This document shows, piece after piece, positions 57,329-63,333 of a stretch of DNA of 63,333 nucleotides. Made by a program: the position numbers and the translations under genes. The stretch covers positions 1 to 63,333 of the forward strand of contig CAYSFE010000002.1 of NCBI GenBank assembly GCA_964430225.1. Direction: 5' to 3'. The notes beneath the pieces were generated by a model. The model searched no databases, had not been told where the DNA came from, and saw only the letters and a program-made list of their open reading frames with translations. The stretch comes from an uncultured Candidatus Saccharibacteria bacterium (GTDB lineage Bacteria; Patescibacteriota; Dojkabacteria; GCA-016699595; JBAXKR01). Numbering within the stretch: the first letter of the stretch is position 1; each line of letters opens with the position of its first letter.

Positions 57329-57901
57329 ATGAAAAACAATATAAAATCAGCATTCACTATAGTTGAGCTTTTGGTAGTAATGGCTGTTATCGGGATTCTT
57401 ATCTCACTAGCTGTTGTTGGTATTCAAGCAATACAAAAGTCACAAAGAGAAACTACTAGAGCTAATGATGTAAAGAATTTAGTGGCAAGCTTAGCAGAAT
57501 ATTACGGGAAATATAGAACATATCCTGGAACATTAGATGATTCTTCGTCTGAACTTAAGCTAGATAATGTAGGTGGTAACCAAGGTGTTTGTTTATTTAA
57601 ACCTGGACAAGGTACAGACTCTTCTTCTCAAAATGGTGATGGTGATTGTGATGTAGAAACTGAATCAGGTTCAGGGTTATACAGTATTCTTAAATTTGGT
57701 CAGTTGAATATGGTTATTGGCTTGGCTGATTTAACAAGTGTTCTACACTCAACCTACGTATGTGCTGATGTTGAAATGACTGCTGATCTTTGGAGAATTG
57801 TATATGCGAATCGTGGTAGTGGAAATTCAACTCAGGCTTATGGTTTATGGTATTGTTCAGAAAATGGAAAATCAATTAATTTTGGAGAAAGTTATAACTA
57901 A
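57329..57901 (+). CDS. type IV pilin-like protein (prepilin-type N-terminal domain)
   Basis: MKNNIKSA|FTIVELLVVMAVIGILISLAVVGIQAIQKSQRE. The C-terminus WYCSENGKSINFGE parallels YACTENGLSQKFGE of 11199..11753. Confidence 0.85.
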   Translation: MKNNIKSAFTIVELLVVMAVIGILISLAVVGIQAIQKSQRETTRANDVKNLVASLAEYYGKYRTYPGTLDDSSSELKLDNVGGNQGVCLFKPGQGTDSSSQNGDGDCDVETESGSGLYSILKFGQLNMVIGLADLTSVLHSTYVCADVEMTADLWRIVYANRGSGNSTQAYGLWYCSENGKSINFGESYN

Positions 57902-57904
57902 AAT

Positions 57905-59095
57905 ATGAAAGCAATAGTGTCAAAGTCAATTATTTACGTAAGTGTAGTTTTATTCACACTATTTTCTTTCATACCTTCAGCTTTTGCTGCTACATCAAGT
58001 TTTAGTGTAAGTAATCCTGGAAAAAAGAATACAGGAGAAACATTTAGTGTGAATATTAATGTATCTGGGAGTGAAGCATATAATGCTGTGACTGCTAATG
58101 TAAGTTTTACTAATCTTACATATGTAAGTGTATCAGCAAATTCAGAATGGACAGGAGTAAGTGGTCCTACTAGATCAGGTAGCTCTATTACCTTCTCTGG
58201 AGCTAAACTAGGTGGTAGTTTTACAGGTAGTAAAAGAGTTCTTACTGTTACATTTAGAGCTCCTAGTAGTGCTGGAACGTCAAGTATTAGTGCTTCTGGA
58301 ACAATAGCTCTTGCAGATGGAGCTGGAACTAAAGTAAATGGTAGTAGTGGAAGTACAAGTATTACCATTCAGACCCCTCCTCCACCTACCCCAACTGTAG
58401 TAAGTGCACCTGCTGTATCTTCAAGTACTCATCCTGATTCAAATACTTGGTATGCTCTTAATACAGCAACATTAAGTTGGAATAAAGAGGAAGGTGTTAC
58501 AGCTTTTAGTTATATTCTAGATCAAAATACAACAACAACTCCAGATGATGTTTCAGAGGGAGTTGATACATCTAAAACATTTACATCAGTATTAGAAGGT
58601 AAAACATATTTCCATATTAAAGCATTAAACCCTGTTGGATGGAGTGGTGTTACACATTTCTTAATTCAAACAGATTTATCTAAACCATATCCTTTTAGTA
58701 TTACTAAGATTAAAGGAGATGATGGAAAAACTACAATATATTTCTCTACAGATGATGAATTTTCAGGAATAGCAAAATACACCCTTCAATTGAACGGACT
58801 TGAAATGGGTGAAGTAAAGAGTAAATATATTCTTGAAACTGATAGTAATGATATTGAGGTTACTGCTTATGACAAGGTTGGAAATATAAATACTGCAGTT
58901 TATTCAAACTCTATAAGTAGTGCTTCATCAACTTCTGTTCCAGTAAGGATTGATGAGGGAAATATAAACCCCTTATTGAATTTTATTGCCAACAATATTG
59001 TTTGGATAGTTATACTTGTATTACTAGTAGTCCTTATTCCAATTTTAATATTTGTGATCAGAAGAATTCTTTTAAATAGAGTCAACAAAGCTTAG
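57905..59095 (+). CDS. membrane-anchored surface protein with an N-terminal cohesin-like module
   Basis: Signal peptide (..PSAFA|A), a beta-rich module, a PPPPTPT linker, an STHPDSNTWY-type Ig-like module, and a C-terminal TM helix plus RR. Confidence 0.55.
   Translation: MKAIVSKSIIYVSVVLFTLFSFIPSAFAATSSFSVSNPGKKNTGETFSVNINVSGSEAYNAVTANVSFTNLTYVSVSANSEWTGVSGPTRSGSSITFSGAKLGGSFTGSKRVLTVTFRAPSSAGTSSISASGTIALADGAGTKVNGSSGSTSITIQTPPPPTPTVVSAPAVSSSTHPDSNTWYALNTATLSWNKEEGVTAFSYILDQNTTTTPDDVSEGVDTSKTFTSVLEGKTYFHIKALNPVGWSGVTHFLIQTDLSKPYPFSITKIKGDDGKTTIYFSTDDEFSGIAKYTLQLNGLEMGEVKSKYILETDSNDIEVTAYDKVGNINTAVYSNSISSASSTSVPVRIDEGNINPLLNFIANNIVWIVILVLLVVLIPILIFVIRRILLNRVNKA
57989..58372 (+). other. cohesin-like module
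   Basis: About 128 aa (SSFSVSNPGKKNTGETFSVNINVSG...VTANVSF.NLTYVSVS...ITFSGA...LTVTFRAPSSAGTSSI). The alternation resembles the cohesin beta-sandwich pattern. Recognised by eye only. Confidence 0.45.
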
Positions 59096-59752
59096 ATATC
59101 TCTTTTCCATATTCTTCCAAGATAAGATATATTCATCGTCTGAAAGCTTTTCTACAATTAGGTGGGAGTTATTCTTAAGGAAATTCCAAGTTGTAATAAA
59201 CATCTTTCCATCTGATCTTAAATGTTCTTTGAGTACATTAATTATCTCACTTCTCTTTTCACGAGATGGTATATGGTGAAGTGTAGCTATACAAACTATT
59301 AAATCAAACTGTTCATTTGATAGTTTCTCTTTTAAAAGTGGAGTGTTTGAAATATCACATACATCAAAAATAGCTTTTACATCTTTAACATCTTTTAAGT
59401 TTTCCTTAGCAATATTTAAAAGATTCTCTGAGTTGTCTACTCCTAAATATTCTACTCTTAGATTATGTCTGCCACTTAAATATTTAGCAAATCTTCCATT
59501 TCCACATCCTAGGTCTAATACTCTTAACTTATCTCTACCATCAAAATCCTGGTTGAGATTACCTAGAATAAAAACAAAATTGTCGTCCATCTCAATCCTT
59601 TCATCCTTATTCTCTTTGAAAACTAAATCAAACAAATCCCAGTAGTGTTTATTTCTTGTATCTGAGAAATCTTTAGCAATGAGATTATAGAAGTTTTTAT
59701 TAAGGTCTACTTTTTCTTGATCACTTAGTATATCCATAATTGGAGTATACAA
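59072..59752 (-). CDS. class I SAM-dependent methyltransferase
   Basis: Motif I VLDLGCGNGRFAKYL and a post-I acidic residue (GVDNS). Confidence 0.8.
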   Translation of the reverse strand: MYTPIMDILSDQEKVDLNKNFYNLIAKDFSDTRNKHYWDLFDLVFKENKDERIEMDDNFVFILGNLNQDFDGRDKLRVLDLGCGNGRFAKYLSGRHNLRVEYLGVDNSENLLNIAKENLKDVKDVKAIFDVCDISNTPLLKEKLSNEQFDLIVCIATLHHIPSREKRSEIINVLKEHLRSDGKMFITTWNFLKNNSHLIVEKLSDDEYILSWKNMEKRYLSFVDSI

Positions 59753-59765
59753 TATAAAAGTATAT

Positions 59766-59795
59766 AAAAAAATAGTCCCACAATTAAGTGGGACT
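59766..59795 (-). terminator. rho-independent terminator downstream of the 32-aa Lys-rich ORF
   Basis: On the minus strand, a stem (AGTCCCAC-TTAATT-GTGGGACT) is followed by TATTTTTTT. Confidence 0.75.
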
Positions 59796-59818
59796 TTCGA
59801 AGATCTTCGAGAAAAAAT

Positions 59819-59917
59819 TTACTTTCTTCTTTTAGCGGTCTTCTTAACAGCTTTCTTTGCTGTCTTTTTCTTAGCAGTTTTCTTAACTGCTTTTCTTACT
59901 GCTTTTTTCTTTGCCAT
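59819..59917 (-). CDS. 32-aa Lys/Ala-rich basic peptide (MAKKKAVRKAVKKTAKKKTAKKAVKKTAKRRK), below the ORF-track size cutoff
   Basis: ATG at 59915-59917 and TAA at 59819-59821. A dedicated terminator lies 23 nt downstream. The K-A/T-V periodicity resembles histone H1-like tails. Confidence 0.45.
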   Translation of the reverse strand: MAKKKAVRKAVKKTAKKKTAKKAVKKTAKRRK

Positions 59918-60018
59918 CTAATTGCAGTTTAAAAAGTAATATATTTAAAGATACAACATGTGTGGAATATTGCAATACCTTTCTATAAGATTACGATTCA
60001 CCACTTTAGAGCAATAAA

Positions 60019-61011
60019 CTAGAACTTTATTTTCATTACTTCTTTCATTTCTGATAGTGTCTGATTAGCTATGTCAGATACTACTTTAGAAGATGCTAAA
60101 ACATTTTGAAATAGTTCGTCTTGTTTTAACTCTGCTTCTTTTCTTCTTTCGCGAATAGGGTCTAAAAATGTTTTAAGTGCAATGAAAAGTTTTTCTTTTA
60201 CTTCTACATCTCCAACCTTACCTTCAACGTATCTTTCTTTTAAATCTTTTACCTCATCTTTATTTGTATTAAAGATGTCATGATAGATAAAAGCTACATT
60301 TCCTTCTAAGTGTCCTTTGTCTGTTGCTTTGACACGGGTTGGATCTGTATATATTGAATTTACCTTCTTTTTTAATGTTTCATCGCCATCTGATAAATAG
60401 ATACAGTTGTTAAGTGATTTACTCATTTTAGAATTACCATCAGTACCTGGTAAGTTTTCAGTCGTTCCAAACAATGCTTCGGGCTCAGGTAAGATATTTA
60501 CAGAATATGTTTGATTAAACTTACGAGCAATCTCTCTTGCATCTTCTATCATAGGAGCTTGATCTTTTCCTACTGGTACAAGATCAGCTTTAACACAAAG
60601 TATGTCTGCTACTTGATGTATAGGGTAGTAGAAGAAACCAAGGGGAGTAGATTCAGTCATTCCCTTCTCTGCTATTTCTGTTTTAATTGTTGGATTATGC
60701 ATTATCTTTTGAACTGAAACAAAGTTTGAAAGATATACAAATATTTCATTAATTGCACTTACTTCGCTTTGTATAAAGATTTTACATTTATTAAAGTCGA
60801 GTCCTACAGCGTAGTAGTCTTTAATGACTTCAATTATGTTATCTCTAACTTTAGATGGATTATTAAAGTTGTCTGTCAGACCTTGAATGTTGGCAATCAT
60901 GATGTGTGTATCGTATTCATTTTGTAGCTTTACTCTGTTTGCTAAAGTTCCTACATAATGACCTAGGTGTAATTTCCCTGTTGGTCTATCTCCAGTTAAA
61001 ATTCTTTTCAT
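60019..61011 (-). CDS. trpS: tryptophanyl-tRNA synthetase
   Basis: 330 aa with the HIGH-type motif GKLHLGHYVG and KMSKS. Confidence 0.95.
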   Translation of the reverse strand: MKRILTGDRPTGKLHLGHYVGTLANRVKLQNEYDTHIMIANIQGLTDNFNNPSKVRDNIIEVIKDYYAVGLDFNKCKIFIQSEVSAINEIFVYLSNFVSVQKIMHNPTIKTEIAEKGMTESTPLGFFYYPIHQVADILCVKADLVPVGKDQAPMIEDAREIARKFNQTYSVNILPEPEALFGTTENLPGTDGNSKMSKSLNNCIYLSDGDETLKKKVNSIYTDPTRVKATDKGHLEGNVAFIYHDIFNTNKDEVKDLKERYVEGKVGDVEVKEKLFIALKTFLDPIRERRKEAELKQDELFQNVLASSKVVSDIANQTLSEMKEVMKIKF

Positions 61012-61169
61012 AAAAGTATATGTGTAATATTTAAGATATGTTAGGTGATAAAGATATATTTATCAATATTTTAGATGTGAAAAATTTAGGGCTTATGCCC
61101 AAAGAAGAATATGTGTAGAAAAACTTAATTTCATAGATGTATTATATCACTACAGAGATACATATTAAA

Positions 61170-61856
61170 TTAATAAATCTGAACTGAAGCTTTTCTCCAA
61201 TTATCAAATCTCTTTTTAACTTCAGGATTCAAGTGATTTACTGCAATTGTTAAATCTTTAATAAAAGTAGTACGATTTCCATTCTGCCAGGCTCTTTGAT
61301 TTAATATGTCAAGTACAAGATTAGCGATAATGGACATTTGGGGTTCTACATTGTTACTGAATGCAAATCTAACAAAATCCTCTAACTTTTTTGATTCTTT
61401 ATATTCAAAATCTAATTCATTCACACTCTTTCTATTTTTTATATCTCTTAGTCTATCTTCAACAAGTAATAATAAATGAGTATTTACCTCACTAAACATT
61501 GGATTAAATTCAGAAAGTAGTAATTCATATGTAAAAGCATCTACTAGTCTTGTTAAGAAATCTTCTCTAATAGCTAAGAATTGCTTATCTTTTTCTTTTC
61601 TAACCATTAAATATTTACTTTCGGATAAGGCACTTAGAAGTCCATTTTGAAATCTAGTAAATAAAGATTGAGTACTTTTCTGATTAGGTGCTGAATATCC
61701 TTCAATTAATAATTTACGAATAAGGTTTCTTCTGTTACTTGAATATTTTTCAGAAAGAATAATTAGTTCAACACTATTTTCTGGAATTCTAGAAGAAGGG
61801 TTAGAACCATTTTGATTGCTCATTGCTTGATCACCTTCTTGTGTAGGAGGAGACAT
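61170..61856 (-). CDS. hypothetical protein (228 aa, helical)
   Basis: Long ORF between rlmN and trpS on the same strand. No motif recognised. Confidence 0.5.
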   Translation of the reverse strand: MSPPTQEGDQAMSNQNGSNPSSRIPENSVELIILSEKYSSNRRNLIRKLLIEGYSAPNQKSTQSLFTRFQNGLLSALSESKYLMVRKEKDKQFLAIREDFLTRLVDAFTYELLLSEFNPMFSEVNTHLLLLVEDRLRDIKNRKSVNELDFEYKESKKLEDFVRFAFSNNVEPQMSIIANLVLDILNQRAWQNGNRTTFIKDLTIAVNHLNPEVKKRFDNWRKASVQIY

Positions 61857-61878
61857 ACTATGATACTAGCATATATTT

Positions 61879-62901
61879 CTATTTACGCAATATATTCTTG
61901 TTTGCTAGTTGGCCACAAGCTGCCTGTATCCTATCTCCCATAGTTATACGAATAGTTACAGGGATATTTGCACTCTTTAAAATATCATGAAATGCAAATA
62001 TCCTGTTACGACTAGATTTCTTTAAGTCTTCTCTTTCCATAATTGGATTAAGTGGAATTAGATTAATATGTGCGAGTCTATTCTTCATTAATTTAGCTAA
62101 TTCCCAAGCATCTTTAGCACTATCATTAACATTATCTATCATTGTATATTCATAGCTTACTCTTTTATGTGAATAGTCTTCCCACTCTCTGATGAAAGCC
62201 ATTAGGTCATTGAGGGAATATATTTTTGCTACTGGCATAAGCTTTTCTCTTAACTCTTGATTAGGAGCATGAAGAGATATAGCCAGTCTTGTTTTAAGAC
62301 CTTCTTTCATGAATGACTTTAATTGCCTAATATATCCTGAAGAAGATACTGTAATATGTCTATCCCCTAAACCAAATTCTTCCTCATTAGTGAATACTTT
62401 CAAACACTCAACCACGTTTGCATAATTAAGCATTGGTTCTCCCATACCCATAAATACAATATTACTTACCCTAGTCTTTCCTTCATATTTCTTATCCTTT
62501 AACCATCTAGCCCAAAACATTACTTGGTCTACTATCTCATTTGATGTTAGGTTTCTCATAAATCCCATAGCTCCAGATGCACAAAAGATACATCCGACAG
62601 GACAGCCTACTTGAGATGACACACATACTGAGTTCCTACCATCAGTAAATCTCATAAGGACTGATTCTACTAATTTCCCATCATGAAGCTTAAATAGGGC
62701 CTTGTAGGTCTTAGATTCCTCATCTTCAAGGAGCTTTTCTAGCTCCAGACTTGTAAAAGGGATGGTATTAGATATATACTCTCTCTCGAGCTTAGATAGA
62801 GTTGATATATCGCCGTAACTACCCACGATATCCTTAAAGAATGCCTTATTTAAAAGCTTTAATTTAAGAGGACTTAGTTTTTCTAGAGATTTAAAATACA
62901 T
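61879..62901 (-). CDS. rlmN: 23S rRNA/tRNA (adenine-C2)-methyltransferase, radical SAM
   Basis: CPVGCIFCASG (CxxxCxxC) and GMGEP motifs, plus a C-terminal catalytic Cys region (AACGQL). The start is trimmed to MYFKSLEKL. Confidence 0.9.
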   Translation of the reverse strand: MYFKSLEKLSPLKLKLLNKAFFKDIVGSYGDISTLSKLEREYISNTIPFTSLELEKLLEDEESKTYKALFKLHDGKLVESVLMRFTDGRNSVCVSSQVGCPVGCIFCASGAMGFMRNLTSNEIVDQVMFWARWLKDKKYEGKTRVSNIVFMGMGEPMLNYANVVECLKVFTNEEEFGLGDRHITVSSSGYIRQLKSFMKEGLKTRLAISLHAPNQELREKLMPVAKIYSLNDLMAFIREWEDYSHKRVSYEYTMIDNVNDSAKDAWELAKLMKNRLAHINLIPLNPIMEREDLKKSSRNRIFAFHDILKSANIPVTIRITMGDRIQAACGQLANKNILRK

Positions 62902-62917
62902 ATGATAATTATACACT

Positions 62918-63274
62918 ATGAAAGAGGGAGAGAATAAAACAAAAATTGAATATCTTCCTATAGATAGAGAAACATTTGTTAAAACCTTCTTTCCATTAGA
63001 TAGAGTTGATGTTCCTATGTTTTCAGTCACTGTAGATTTAACATTTGGATTTATTAAAGGTGAGAATAAACACAGGGTTCATATTGTAAGGGTAAGTTGG
63101 GAAGATAATGACAGTATTGTTGGTTTTGATTCTCGAGAAAAAAAACATGTTATATATGACGCGAATACAAGTCCGGTTGAAATTTTATCGGGCTATCATA
63201 ATGGAAATATTCGAACTTCACTATTTAACCTACTCTCTTCTAAAATAGAGAGGTTTAAAAAGTTATTTGCTTAA
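62918..63274 (+). CDS. hypothetical protein (118 aa)
   Basis: ORF divergent from rlmN. No motif recognised. Confidence 0.4.
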   Translation: MKEGENKTKIEYLPIDRETFVKTFFPLDRVDVPMFSVTVDLTFGFIKGENKHRVHIVRVSWEDNDSIVGFDSREKKHVIYDANTSPVEILSGYHNGNIRTSLFNLLSSKIERFKKLFA

Positions 63275-63280
63275 CTATAT

Positions 63281-63310
63281 TTGAATATCCCCTCTTATTA
63301 ATAGTATAAT
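63281..63310 (+). promoter_or_regulatory. sigma70-like promoter for the downstream tRNA
   Basis: TTGAAT (63281-63286), an 18-nt spacer, then TATAAT (63305-63310). The tRNA 5' end lies 13 nt further on. Confidence 0.5.
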
Positions 63311-63322
63311 GATTGATATTAT

Positions 63323-63333
63323 GCCGGGGTGGC
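63323..63333 (+). tRNA. first 11 nt of a tRNA (GCCGGGGTGGC...), possibly a class II tRNA such as Leu. Truncated by the window edge
   Basis: GC-rich acceptor-like start followed by U8-G9-G10-C11, directly after a consensus promoter. Confidence 0.3.

Noticed and set aside
61012-61169. A second T-box upstream of trpS (and likewise upstream of lysS at 31530..31576)
   Set aside because: Neither leader contains a GGGTGG-N-ACCGCG-like element or its CGTCCC partner on the coding strand. The only structure present is a weak 4-bp GC hairpin.
1-63333. Alternative genetic code (UGA recoded to Gly, as in Gracilibacteria/Absconditabacteria)
   Set aside because: TGA functions as a stop (44857-44859, in an ATGA overlap with truB). 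An intact RF2 gene with the SPF motif is present. All conserved genes read through cleanly with code 11.
1-63333. CRISPR arrays, transposases, integrases and prophage blocks
   Set aside because: No short, regularly spaced direct repeats were seen in any intergenic region. No ORF carried DDE, tyrosine- or serine-recombinase or phage structural motifs.

Overview
This is a visibly AT-rich (about one-third G+C by eye), very tightly packed bacterial chromosomal segment. It uses the standard code: TGA ends 43930..44859 in an ATGA overlap, and RF2 is present. I count about 55 protein genes, three complete tRNAs (Gln-TTG, Thr-CGT, Gly-CCC) and the first 11 nt of a fourth tRNA at the right edge. The backbone is DNA replication and repair (uvrA, dnaE, mutS, recO, a compact mfd) plus translation (lysS, single-chain GlyRS, trpS, prfB, truB, rsmE, rlmN, rpsT). 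There are almost no biosynthetic genes. Interleaved with this backbone are cell-surface genes: a 2315-aa repeat-rich fibre/adhesin, an 879-aa delta-60-repeat propeller protein, two paralogous type IV pilin-like proteins plus a third atypical one, a Wzy/O-antigen-ligase-like membrane protein, a dockerin-bearing subtilase with a cohesin-like anchored partner, and many small membrane proteins. By inference only, this content and style fits a reduced-genome, surface-attached Patescibacteria/CPR-like organism. The observations most worth following up are listed below.

- A minimal T-box-like leader (GGGTGGAACCGCG...CCGTCCC) precedes a two-gene operon made of a GNAT-like ORF and glycyl-tRNA synthetase.
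- A surface locus combines a pilin, a catalytically degenerate Fic/wHTH protein, the giant fibre protein and a Wzy-like membrane protein. The giant gene contains two pairs of recently duplicated segments.
- LysRS carries a C-terminal DUF2000 (PTH2-fold)-like domain.
- A three-gene cluster encodes a dockerin-subtilase, a pilin and a membrane-anchored cohesin-like protein.
- The Mfd appears to lack both the UvrA-binding D2 module and the autoinhibitory D7 module.

No CRISPR array, transposase, integrase or reverse transcriptase was seen. All domain calls come from motif recognition by eye. No database search was run.
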